Counted from the first letter of the stretch, positions 28,509 to 37,126 are shown. The stretch is DNA of 64,000 bases from a virus (IMGVR_UViG_3300015615_000196:64001-128000), one strand, 5' to 3'. Numbers and translations: made by a program. Notes: generated by a model from the sequence alone, not told the origin.

Positions 28509-29230
28509 AACTCAAGTTCGTAAAAGAATTTCCACAATGGTAAATTATCCGTCTCACGATCCAAGTACTTTCTCAACACATCAATGTAGGTGATAGAACC
28601 ATGCTCGTCTCCAAATTTTGTGATGAAGTCGATTGGTGTGTGTCCTACGATTTGGTGATACCCCGGCAAATATCTGTGCATGGTCTCTTTACGATCTGCC
28701 CATGTGATACCCCCATGTTCCAAATATCCACCACGAAGTTCACCGACTTGATGAAGGATTTCATTGTCCTTTGTTTGCATGATCAAGTTCAACGTCTCAG
28801 CAAGATTCTTTGTCTCGAATTTTTGAGCATAATCATCAATCATTGCTTTGTTGTATTCGTACCATCCTTTGCTGATGCCAGCGTGTGTCCAAATGTAATT
28901 GTCAATTTGAAACGCCATCTGGAACAGATGTTTTTTCTCCATGAACAACTCATGAGCGAACGCATATATCTCAGGACGAAAACCAGTACAACCAAAGTAA
29001 TCGTGACTCCAAAAATATTGGGCATCATGATTGCCGAGAAGATTGACAATCTTATCTGGATGTGCTTCTCTAAATGCAATAATGTCCCGTAAGTTCTCCA
29101 ATGTTTTTTGTGCATTGTAAACATACGAATCCATGTAATCTCCGTTGAACACAATTTTATCGTACTTCGATGGATCGATGTCTTTCCAGTACGGCCTTCC
29201 GTGAATATCTCCTATAGAAACTATTTTCAT
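28505..29230 (-). CDS. calcineurin-like metallophosphoesterase
   Basis: GDIHG, GDYMD, GNHD, THAG, VGHT. Confidence 0.9.
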   Translation of the reverse strand: MKIVSIGDIHGRPYWKDIDPSKYDKIVFNGDYMDSYVYNAQKTLENLRDIIAFREAHPDKIVNLLGNHDAQYFWSHDYFGCTGFRPEIYAFAHELFMEKKHLFQMAFQIDNYIWTHAGISKGWYEYNKAMIDDYAQKFETKNLAETLNLIMQTKDNEILHQVGELRGGYLEHGGITWADRKETMHRYLPGYHQIVGHTPIDFITKFGDEHGSITYIDVLRKYLDRETDNLPLWKFFYELEL

Positions 29231-29487
29231 GCTTTCTTAAACCTCTCGGTTTTTGCTTCTCTGTTTAAGTTATCTTTGGTTTCAACTTCTTCAAACCATT
29301 CGCTCAAAGGACGAACGTGTACACTACCAAATAAAACTGATCGGTAGACAACTACAGGGGAATCATCCCTTGAATCCGTTGCCATACTGATCACTGTATA
29401 CAATCCACCTTTGTAGTGCTGGTACACTTCTTCCGGCTTTGGATAGTTTACCCAAGCCTGTGATTCACTTTGACCCATGTGTCTCAT
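29227..29487 (-). CDS. DUF1653-like protein
   Basis: YQHYKGGLY...VVYRS...VRPLSEW. Confidence 0.75.
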   Translation of the reverse strand: MRHMGQSESQAWVNYPKPEEVYQHYKGGLYTVISMATDSRDDSPVVVYRSVLFGSVHVRPLSEWFEEVETKDNLNREAKTERFKKA

Positions 29488-29921
29488 ACTAAACCAAGTC
29501 TTCTCATAATGTCATTGTTTGACTCCATCACCAAGTAGATGCTTTGGAATCTCCAATAGTTACTTCTGTCTTTTCCTGCCTTGATGTCGTTCAATTTTTC
29601 TTTGAACTTTTCAATAACCTGCGGATGCTTCTTCGGCAACTTCAATTCTCTTGTGATGTTTTTCAAGAGGCCAAGAAGTTCACGATCTGCTTTCGTCTTG
29701 CTTCCTTGCTTACGACTTGCAGCAGCAAGCATTTGACGATACTTCGGAATTGCACGAACTTGTTCTTCGTTCAGTTGGTTCTCCGACATCAACTTTCGTA
29801 ACATCTTCGCCTCATTTTTATTGGGCAAGTGTACGTCAGGTGGCAGCGATAATTTCAGTTGGTGTCTCGGATCGTTGCTAAAATTTCTGTAGTAACCATT
29901 CTCTTCATCGTCCAGATACAT
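29484..29921 (-). CDS. hypothetical protein
   Basis: 145-aa ORF. Confidence 0.55.
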   Translation of the reverse strand: MYLDDEENGYYRNFSNDPRHQLKLSLPPDVHLPNKNEAKMLRKLMSENQLNEEQVRAIPKYRQMLAAASRKQGSKTKADRELLGLLKNITRELKLPKKHPQVIEKFKEKLNDIKAGKDRSNYWRFQSIYLVMESNNDIMRRLGLV

Positions 29922-30492
29922 TGCTCTTTAATTTATATGTGAAAACTCGTTCAAGTATTTCCTTCAATTCATTGCCTTTATCAACATGAATCATATTCCA
30001 AAGAATCATGTCGATATGTCCACCAACATTCTTATCTGTTTTGAATGAACGTTTTCGAGTTGAAAGATCGAGAAATCTTTTGTATTCATCATTGAAAAGT
30101 TGACCCACAACTTTTGATTCTTTCACGTATTCTTCTTTTGATACTTTGTTTAAAAGAAACCTATACTCTGCCAGTTCATTTTCAGTTAAACTTTCGTCAC
30201 GCTTACGAAAAACGCCATTGAAAAAATCAGTCTGTCTTACTGATTTATGGAAAGAATGAAACCATTCTTTTTTACCTGATTTTTTATAGTAGGAATCTTT
30301 TCCTGTCGCAACATCTTTGAGATATTGAAGATATGTCTCCAATTCGGATGGCTCGATCAATGAAAAAAGATGATGGTAGATTGCAACCAGAGAACCAAAA
30401 TCGTGGATTCTTTCTTGAGCCTTTTTCAGTTCGAACATTAGGGCTTCTTGAAGTGGAAACCGCTCTGGCTGGTTAATTTTTGGGTTTTTCAT
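29905..30492 (-). CDS. hypothetical protein
   Basis: 195-aa ORF after AAC-N16-CGT promoter. Confidence 0.55.
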   Translation of the reverse strand: MKNPKINQPERFPLQEALMFELKKAQERIHDFGSLVAIYHHLFSLIEPSELETYLQYLKDVATGKDSYYKKSGKKEWFHSFHKSVRQTDFFNGVFRKRDESLTENELAEYRFLLNKVSKEEYVKESKVVGQLFNDEYKRFLDLSTRKRSFKTDKNVGGHIDMILWNMIHVDKGNELKEILERVFTYKLKSNVSGR

Positions 30493-30576
30493 GATGGTAT
30501 ACGTATGTACTGCAATATACGTAAATTCATCAGAAAAGTTATTCCAAGACGAAAATTAACATTCTGATTTGAGTAG

Positions 30577-30650
30577 TACCCCGTGAGAGAATCGAACTCC
30601 CGACCTTCTGTTTGTAAGACAGACGTTCTAAACCACTGAACTAACGGGGC
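30577..30650 (-). tRNA. tRNA-Val(TAC)
   Basis: TCTGT-CTTACAA-ACAGA. Confidence 0.92.
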
Positions 30651-30874
30651 ATCTTTTTTCTTTCTTCCATCAACTGTGCCATGAAATCTGCAATGTCTCG
30701 AAGACAAGTTTTTTCAAAGACAGTATGTTCTGCCGGATAAAAAGAATATTGTCGAAATGAACCAAACCAACGTACAGTGCCGAGAACTACACCGTTCTCT
30801 TTATTCTGTACCACAAACACTTTTGTTTTCCTATCAGGAAAATCTTGTTCGATGAATTCAATCCATTTAGCCAT
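30641..30874 (-). CDS. hypothetical protein within tRNA array
   Basis: RKTKVFVV...WFGSFRQYSF...CLRDI. Confidence 0.6.
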   Translation of the reverse strand: MAKWIEFIEQDFPDRKTKVFVVQNKENGVVLGTVRWFGSFRQYSFYPAEHTVFEKTCLRDIADFMAQLMEERKKMPR

Positions 30875-30877
30875 ATG

Positions 30878-30950
30878 TAGTCCGGGTGGGACTCGAACCC
30901 ACGATAGCTGCTTTGTAGGAGCAGTGCTTTTGCCACTAAGCTACCAGACT
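30878..30950 (-). tRNA. tRNA-Val(TAC), C33 variant
   Basis: CTGCT-CCTACAA-AGCAG. Confidence 0.85.
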
Positions 30951-31049
30951 ATGTAACAGCATACTTCATTCAGAGCCGTCAATCAAGACGATCCCAAGCG
31001 GGAGCCGAGTCCGTTTAAGAAGTTTCCAGCTTTACGCAAACTGTTATTG

Positions 31050-31120
31050 TACCCGATGAAAGAATCGAACTTTCGTACTTCGCATGTCAAACGAATACTC
31101 TTCCATTGAGTTAATCGGGC
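31050..31120 (-). tRNA. tRNA-Val(GAC)
   Basis: TTCGT-TTGACAT-GCGAA. Confidence 0.88.
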
Positions 31121-31125
31121 ATATG

Positions 31126-31210
31126 CGGTGAATTAAGGACTCGAACCTCGCCTCCCTTTTTGCGCTTAGGGTATGCTACCTATCCCGAAGGACAATTACA
31201 CTAAATCACC
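31126..31210 (-). ncRNA. atypical tRNA-like RNA (hairpin inserted in D-loop, no clear anticodon)
   Basis: GGTGATT/ATTCACC acceptor, GGTTCGAGTCC T-loop, TGTCC-TTCG-GGATA insert. Confidence 0.5.
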
Positions 31211-31279
31211 ATTTGGAACAATCGAAACTGTTCGAACTACTTTGACTACGTGTCTAAGTTGTTCCGATTATTTCCGTTG

Positions 31280-31352
31280 TAGCGGGTGTGGGACTTGCAC
31301 CACACGACCTCAAGGTTATGAGCCTTGCGAGATACTACTTCTCCAACCCGCG
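31280..31352 (-). tRNA. tRNA-Met(CAT), initiator-like
   Basis: CGCGGGT 5' end with 1:72 mismatch; CAAGG-CTCATAA-CCTTG. Confidence 0.85.
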
Positions 31353-31429
31353 ATATAATGTTGTCTTTCCAACTGCCAATAGTCTCAATTCTGTACGTCA
31401 TTCAGGTAGAGCACTACACCACCTTATTG

Positions 31430-31520
31430 TAGCGGGGGTGGGAATCGAACCCACGAGGTCAATTTTTTTAGACACAAGGTTATGAGCCTTGACTGCTACC
31501 GTCTACAGGGCTACCCCGCG
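31430..31520 (-). tRNA. tRNA-Met(CAT), initiator-like with long variable arm
   Basis: CGCGGGG 5' end; CAAGG-CTCATAA-CCTTG; ~20-nt variable region. Confidence 0.72.
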
Positions 31521-31761
31521 ATATAATTTTAATGACTTCACTTTTCTTTCCACACTTGTGACAAACATATTGAAATTCACTCCAACGTTTCTCTGTGAAA
31601 ATATTTCTGAATTCAACTCTTCCTAATGGTGTGTAAATCATTGGTAGATTACAATCAACACATTTCATTGAATCTCCCGCAGGAGTTATCGTCAATGGAA
31701 TGTAAGGTATAAACCAATATCCACAAGAAAAAATTTCTTTCAATGTGAAACCTTTCATAGT

Positions 31762-31839
31762 ATCGACAAGGGGAATCGAACCTCCGGCCACTTCCAAAGA
31801 AACAGAAGCCACAAGCACCACTTGTGTATTGATTGTCGA
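31762..31839 (-). ncRNA. degenerate tRNA-like element
   Basis: TCGACAA/TTGTCGA stem, GGTTCGATTCC loop, irregular anticodon arm. Confidence 0.4.
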
Positions 31840-31841
31840 AG

Positions 31842-31913
31842 TAGCGATACACAGAATCGAACTGTGGTTTTCCCCTTATGAGAGGGACGTACTGGCCGTT
31901 GTACTATATCGCT
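31842..31913 (-). tRNA. tRNA-CAT (Met or Ile2)
   Basis: TCCCT-CTCATAA-GGGGA. Confidence 0.85.
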
Positions 31914-32024
31914 ATATATCTCCGTTGCCGGAGAATATGTTTAATGTTCTTTTGGTGTTGTCTCACCAGCACTACCTTTTACGTTACCGTGATCCGTAGA
32001 GATCACGCAACCTTTTCTCAGGGG

Positions 32025-32282
32025 TTAATCGATTAAGATTAACTGTCTTTTCCGAAGCCTCGGCAAATCCATACGAAACCTATGTTCGTTGGCCTTGATC
32101 TTGGCATCAGCTAATGTCATCGCCTTCACATAAAAATTCAGAACATCACTCTCCTTAGAGGTTAGTTCAACCATCCAATAATGGATGGGTTCTCGGTACA
32201 CGACATGAGAGGGCTGAGGCAGTCTGACATCCAGACTCGGAATTACCCACCTCTTGTCGTCTTCTCTACTTGCGTAGTTCAT
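32025..32282 (-). CDS. hypothetical protein
   Basis: 85-aa ORF. Confidence 0.45.
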   Translation of the reverse strand: MNYASREDDKRWVIPSLDVRLPQPSHVVYREPIHYWMVELTSKESDVLNFYVKAMTLADAKIKANEHRFRMDLPRLRKRQLILID

Positions 32283-32388
32283 ACTCCATAATTGCTACCA
32301 AGACAAGCAATTAGGAGGTGTTTTGATTTTTAATCATACACGAAATTAAGAATAAAATTATTCAAACCAAAATGTCAAAGAACTATCG

Positions 32389-32462
32389 TCATCCGTAGGG
32401 GAATCGAACCCCTATTTACGCAGTGAAAGTGCGTTGTCCTTATTCCGTTAGACGAACGGACG
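32389..32462 (-). tRNA. tRNA-Glu(TTC)
   Basis: ACGCA-CTTTCAC-TGCGT. Confidence 0.9.
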
Positions 32463-32472
32463 ATAATTTCTG

Positions 32473-32545
32473 TAGCACGTAGGGGAATCGAACCCCTGTT
32501 CCCACATTGAAAGTGTGGTGTCCTTGACCGTTAGACGAACGTGCC
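32473..32545 (-). tRNA. tRNA-Glu(TTC)
   Basis: CCACA-CTTTCAA-TGTGG. Confidence 0.92.
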
Positions 32546-32558
32546 ATATATTTTAAAG

Positions 32559-32644
32559 TACCTATGGTGGGACTCGAACCCACACGCCCATTACTGAGCA
32601 CCAGATTTTAAGTCTGGCGTGTCTACCAATTCCACCACAAAGGC
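32559..32644 (-). tRNA. tRNA-Leu(TAA)
   Basis: CCAGA-CTTAAAA-TCTGG, long variable arm. Confidence 0.92.
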
Positions 32645-33021
32645 ATGTTGCCTGTTGTGATGTCACATAATCGACACTTATTTTTTGTTGCTTCTGTCAT
32701 ACTGTTCCAATTTATGTTTTGCTTCATTGATCAATGTTGTTTGATGCGCAACGTTTATTTCTTTTTGATTTGAACTTTTCTTCGTCAATGCATCCGTCAA
32801 TTCTTGTTCGAGAGTTGCAACTCTCTCGACTAACTTCTCTCTTTTTTTATCAATTTTTCCCATTTAATTTTTCTTTTATATCAGCTATCATTTCTTCGAC
32901 ATCGAAATCCTCAATCAAGTCCATTTGATCGTAGCCTTCTTTTGAGGTGTACACCACAAAGTCTCCGGCTTTAATCAAACAACCTTCTTCGGTCACTATG
33001 TCTCCGAACAGTTTACTCATG

Positions 33022-33093
33022 TGGAGGTATAGGGAATCGAACCCTAATTTCCTGATTGCAAGTCAGGCGTAATCGCCCTTATACGATACCCCC
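33022..33093 (-). tRNA. tRNA-Ala(TGC)
   Basis: CCTGA-CTTGCAA-TCAGG; G3:U70. Confidence 0.92.
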
Positions 33094-33423
33094 ATACTTC
33101 TTTCTTCTAATCGAGTCATCCAACTCTTTCAAGAAAGATTCTGGTAATTCTATCTTCCTCTGCTCGAACTCATTCAAAATTTCTTGCTTTGAAAAAAGTC
33201 CTTCGCCAATTCCACTACTCCATTCTTTCACCCACAAACCCCAACCTTTTTTTGAAGTGATTACTCCCTTCACAATGTTTGGGTGTCTTGTCTTCATCGT
33301 CTCTCTGAATTTGAAAACTCCGTTTTCGTAATCATTGAAACAACTCTTCCCATCTACTCCGTTCACATCCAATTCCACATTCACACTCGAACCACAGAAT
33401 GTAATTATTCCTGTTCGATACAT
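33079..33423 (-). CDS. hypothetical protein
   Basis: 114-aa ORF inside array. Confidence 0.5.
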   Translation of the reverse strand: MYRTGIITFCGSSVNVELDVNGVDGKSCFNDYENGVFKFRETMKTRHPNIVKGVITSKKGWGLWVKEWSSGIGEGLFSKQEILNEFEQRKIELPESFLKELDDSIRRKKYGGIV

Positions 33424-33520
33424 TCTCAGAAACAGTTCAAACTTTTTGTTGAACTTTTCGGAGAACGGTCTTTTGCGTCCATGCGGTAATTAGTCTTCAT
33501 AACTTAACCCTCATTTTATG

Positions 33521-33602
33521 TAGCCCAAGTAGGAGTCGAACCTACACGCCTTTCGGCACTCGCTTTTGAGACGAGCACGTCTACCAATTCCATCATTGGG
33601 CC
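33521..33602 (-). tRNA. tRNA-Leu(CAA)
   Basis: CTCGT-CTCAAAA-GCGAG. Confidence 0.92.
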
Positions 33603-33607
33603 ATATG

Positions 33608-33679
33608 CGGTCTATGCGAGAATCGAACTCGCAGCACCACCGTGACAGGGTGGGATGTTAGCCATTACACCAATAGACC
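33608..33679 (-). tRNA. tRNA-Asp(GTC)
   Basis: CCACC-CTGTCAC-GGTGG. Confidence 0.92.
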
Positions 33680-33739
33680 GTAGTAGTATCACTTATATAG
33701 ACGCTTCTCTTTTGAAGAACGATACTGTGCGCCATTGTG

Positions 33740-33811
33740 CAGTCCCTACGGGAATCGAACCCGCTTCTCCGGGGTGACAACCCGGCATACATACCAACGT
33801 ACCCAAGGACT
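33740..33811 (-). tRNA. tRNA-Asp(GTC)
   Basis: CCGGG-TTGTCAC-CCCGG. Confidence 0.85.
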
Positions 33812-33826
33812 ATATTGTATTCGTTT

Positions 33827-33984
33827 TACCCCCGGCAGGACTCGAACCTGCAATCCCTTACATTTCTTCTTGCTGTGTATTGGGATGTCCGGTTACGGTT
33901 CGTGAGCAAGAGCATTGGGGCAGTCAACCTTTCAGCAATCCTATTGAACTTGGCCAGATGTGTATACCAATTCCACCACAGGGC
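33827..33984 (-). ncRNA. tRNA-Leu-like RNA with ~80-nt insertion in place of the anticodon arm
   Basis: Leu-type D-arm GGTGGAATTGGTATACAC, T-arm GCAGG-TTCGAGT-CCTGC. Confidence 0.55.
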
Positions 33985-34067
33985 GAATACAAATTGAAAC
34001 TGTTGATGACGGTCAACACTAAGCCCCTCAATGCCTCTATGAGGACTGAGCACATTTCAATGTCATT

Positions 34068-34154
34068 GTAACAGCACCGGATGCATTAGACCACTATACG
34101 ACCTACCCCGAAGGGCAGGGTGGGATTCGAACCCACGTCCTCCGGTGCTACTAC
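34068..34154 (-). ncRNA. circularly permuted tRNA-like (YrlA-like) RNA
   Basis: Order: T-arm, acceptor stem closed by TTCG, D-arm, all enclosed by a 14-bp stem. Confidence 0.72.
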
Positions 34155-34172
34155 TTCAATATTTCAAAGAAC

Positions 34173-34451
34173 TTACTTGCCTTCTGCAAGCAGTTGGTCA
34201 ATGTAACCCATCGGACTTGTACCCGGAGGTAGCATTACGATGTTCTTGAACCCATTCTCTTTGGTGATGATTGATTCACTTTCATGAATCGCTCCTTTAT
34301 GTTTCTCACCGTAAGTTCCGGTCATGAGTTTCTTCGAAGCAGGATCAACATCACCCCATTCTGCATGGTGCGAAGAACTATTGTCGATAGGTTCAACGCA
34401 GAAGGTTCTACCTTCTTTTGTCGTCACATAAAATCTTCCAGTTTTACTCAT
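34173..34451 (-). CDS. hypothetical protein, first gene after attenuator 2
   Basis: GRFYV..GRTFCVEPI..WGDVDP..GAI. Confidence 0.65.
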   Translation of the reverse strand: MSKTGRFYVTTKEGRTFCVEPIDNSSSHHAEWGDVDPASKKLMTGTYGEKHKGAIHESESIITKENGFKNIVMLPPGTSPMGYIDQLLAEGK

Positions 34452-34476
34452 AACTCACTCATTTAAAAAACCTTAT

Positions 34477-34507
34477 AAAACAAAAAACCCGACTTTGTGG
34501 GTCGGGT
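34477..34507 (-). terminator. attenuator terminator of Asp/Leu/Ala/Glu/Met/Val array
   Basis: ACCCGAC-CCACAAA-GTCGGGT-TTTTTGTTTT. Confidence 0.88.
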
Positions 34508-34526
34508 CTTTCGAGTTTGATATTCT

Positions 34527-34646
34527 TTAGTATCCAATATCTTCATCTTCCTCTTTAGACCCAACAATAGCGTCATCCTCCACCATAGCCAACGCTACGA
34601 CAGATTCCATCGCTAAAGTTTCTAAAGATAATATTGAAGTTTTCAT
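34527..34646 (-). CDS. leader peptide MKTSILSLETLAMESVVALAMVEDDAIVGSKEEDEDIGY
   Basis: 39-aa ORF between promoter and terminator; contains GTTGGGTCT complementary to the terminator 5' arm. Confidence 0.78.
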   Translation of the reverse strand: MKTSILSLETLAMESVVALAMVEDDAIVGSKEEDEDIGY

Positions 34647-34741
34647 TTTCTGCTTTTTTTGAGTTTAATGTCTCTGACTCATAAATACGATACAAAGGTA
34701 TAAAAGGTTGCGTTCCCTCCAAACTTTTTTTCAAATATTTT

Positions 34742-35353
34742 TTAGAAACAGACTTCAAGTTTTTTCAATTCGGTCACAAGATTATTGTAATCGGACTCCA
34801 CGTAACAGTATTCATTGGAGATTTGCTGCATATATTCCTTGCTTGCTCGTGAGTCACTAAGCACAAAAATCCCACAAATTGCTACCCCAAACAACTTTAT
34901 TTGTCGTGCAGCTTCCAGTGTGTCTTCTTCACGATCCGGGTCACCATCGGAGACCAAGACAATTATTCTATGTGCATCAATTCTCCCTCTCCCCAACAAT
35001 TCTTCACCTGCAACTACTACTGCGTCCGTCATATTTGTAGTACCACTTGCACCACCTTTTAAAGATGAAAGTGCCATGTAAACAGTATCTCTATCAGAAG
35101 TTAATCCGGTCATCAAATATGCTTTGTCACTAAAACGAACAACGCCCAATCGTACTCCGTTGTCGTCCAGATCGAATCGATCAACAAAAGTTTTTAGGGC
35201 GTTGTAAATAAATGACTCACTACCGTGAACACTTGTTGACATATCGGCAACAAGCATGATGTCTGCTTTCAAGCATCCACTTGGTTTTCTCGGTGTATCT
35301 GCTGTTTGAAATGACAGAAACACCAGAAACAATATGGATATGAATTTATCCAT
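34742..35353 (-). CDS. exported vWA domain protein
   Basis: Signal peptide; DMSTS MIDAS, GTTNM, LVSDG. Confidence 0.85.
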   Translation of the reverse strand: MDKFISILFLVFLSFQTADTPRKPSGCLKADIMLVADMSTSVHGSESFIYNALKTFVDRFDLDDNGVRLGVVRFSDKAYLMTGLTSDRDTVYMALSSLKGGASGTTNMTDAVVVAGEELLGRGRIDAHRIIVLVSDGDPDREEDTLEAARQIKLFGVAICGIFVLSDSRASKEYMQQISNEYCYVESDYNNLVTELKKLEVCF

Positions 35354-35765
35354 CTGCCTTCATTCTCTCGACATGCTTTAAGTAATTCTCAATATAACTT
35401 TCCATGTTCAATTTACCAACAGGGTTCATTGAATGAACGTACCACTGAGGAAAATCTTTCTTGTGATCAATGCAATAATCTACCAACCACTTCACACAGT
35501 CCATACCAGTTTTTTCAGAAATGGTTTCCAAATATTTCATGTAGACCTTACCGTCTTGGTACATTGATTCGTGATAATGTGCCTCTGCAAGATCGTGGTC
35601 AAAAGAAACAACTTCCGGCAAACCGTTCTCCATAACCATCTGAACAAAGTGGTTATAATTGCGCATAGTCTGCCATTCAAGATTCAAATAAATCTCGTTA
35701 CGTGTGTACGCATAGGCTTGTTCTGGATGACGAATGTCGTCCAAAAATAAATTGTACTTTGGCAT
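35346..35765 (-). CDS. cyclic-phosphate-processing receiver-like domain protein
   Basis: LFLDDIRHP, SFDHDL, KTGMDC, VHSMNPVG. Confidence 0.72.
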   Translation of the reverse strand: MPKYNLFLDDIRHPEQAYAYTRNEIYLNLEWQTMRNYNHFVQMVMENGLPEVVSFDHDLAEAHYHESMYQDGKVYMKYLETISEKTGMDCVKWLVDYCIDHKKDFPQWYVHSMNPVGKLNMESYIENYLKHVERMKADG

Positions 35766-35771
35766 AATGCC

Positions 35772-36272
35772 TTAAAGATACGGACTAATAATGGATTTTA
35801 CAAGTTGATTTCGGAGTTCCGGTGTAAGCCAAGTAAGGCTTATTTCACTACCATCATCATCGAAAAGTGCAAGGTCAAGCATACGACCCAAATTCTTGTA
35901 GTCAATTGATGCTTCTGGATGTTCTGCTGGTTGCCAGTGTGTAGCTGATCTGTATGATCCTCTCCAATCAACATCGACATCACCATTGATAAACATTGTC
36001 AATGGTACGTCTACTCCTTTGTAGTTGTAAACAAAATCAAAATCATAGTCAACATGGAATCTGTCGTCATCGGTATCACGTAGGTCTTCCATTGATCCGT
36101 GTTGGTCACGAATCGTCCAACTTTTTACATTCTTTTTGTTGTTAATCAAGTCATTCACTAAATTGACTTGAAAGTCTTTCGACTTGAGTACCTCGTCTTT
36201 TGACGGGTTTTCGGAACCGTCTACAATCTCTGCTAAACTCGCTGAACGCTTGCTGTATAGTTCGTTGACCAT
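35772..36272 (-). CDS. hypothetical protein
   Basis: 166-aa ORF after TATTTATA motif. Confidence 0.55.
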   Translation of the reverse strand: MVNELYSKRSASLAEIVDGSENPSKDEVLKSKDFQVNLVNDLINNKKNVKSWTIRDQHGSMEDLRDTDDDRFHVDYDFDFVYNYKGVDVPLTMFINGDVDVDWRGSYRSATHWQPAEHPEASIDYKNLGRMLDLALFDDDGSEISLTWLTPELRNQLVKSIISPYL

Positions 36273-36316
36273 TATGAAAGTGATTTCTTTATAAATACGA
36301 AGTTTTTCTCGTATTT

Positions 36317-37126
36317 ATGGTTAAAGCTGCCGTTATGCAAAAAAGAACTTTACAGGATATGTTCGAGAAGGTCAATGGTATCAAATTAACCGAAGGTTGG
36401 TTTGGTCAGGGTAATAAAACCCCGGCTCCAATGCAAGGCACTCAACTCAAAACAGCACCTGTTTTCAATTACCAACAGAAATATCAGGAGGTAATGAAAG
36501 GTTTGAACAAGATGGCAAAGCAATACATCCGTTATTTCGTTGCCGATGTAACTGGTGACAATCACGTCTGGTCAAACGATTTTGATTCGTGGATCGCCAT
36601 TGCAGTAAAGAAGGTTCTTGCAAATCCTGCTCAGTTTGCCCAAATTCTACACAAATACCCTCAAGTGGAAGATGCAGTAAAGATGGTTACCGCAGCCGAT
36701 CAAGTTAATCCCCCTGCCGTTGCCGAAAACGTAGAAGGTACTCCTGCTACTAAAGAACATGCATTGGGTTATCTCTCCGACCTTTACAAAGATGTCTACG
36801 GTACAAGACCAAACTTGAGCAGATATAGAAGTATGTCCGATGCTGAGGTATGGCAAGAAATTCAGAACCTTGAGAAACAAGCTGGTGAAGAAGCAGATCA
36901 GGAAGCAGTGTACGATCAACAAAATCTTGCTAAGTTTGAAGCACTGATTCAGAAGACTATTGAACACGGTGCTGGTGATAGAGAAACAGCATTACGTTGG
37001 TTGTACGATTCAGATGATGACCAGTATGATGCATCATACTTCTTGTATAAGCACCACGTCAACACTCATTCACCGGAGGGCAGAAAACTCCAACAGGAAT
37101 TGGATAACGCCATCCTGAAAAAATAA
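36317..37126 (+). CDS. hypothetical (possibly virion) protein
   Basis: SDLYKDVYGTRP...GAGDRETALRW; LTE motif near N-terminus. Confidence 0.6.
   Translation: MVKAAVMQKRTLQDMFEKVNGIKLTEGWFGQGNKTPAPMQGTQLKTAPVFNYQQKYQEVMKGLNKMAKQYIRYFVADVTGDNHVWSNDFDSWIAIAVKKVLANPAQFAQILHKYPQVEDAVKMVTAADQVNPPAVAENVEGTPATKEHALGYLSDLYKDVYGTRPNLSRYRSMSDAEVWQEIQNLEKQAGEEADQEAVYDQQNLAKFEALIQKTIEHGAGDRETALRWLYDSDDDQYDASYFLYKHHVNTHSPEGRKLQQELDNAILKK

Noticed and set aside
30577-34154. CRISPR array suggested by recurring GGAATCGAACC-like words
   Set aside because: These are tRNA T-loops, not constant repeats with spacers; no cas genes are present.
34573-34758. 61-aa track ORF as leader peptide 2
   Set aside because: It starts upstream of the promoter and is in a different frame; the 34646-34527 ORF fits the promoter, codon match and antiterminator geometry.
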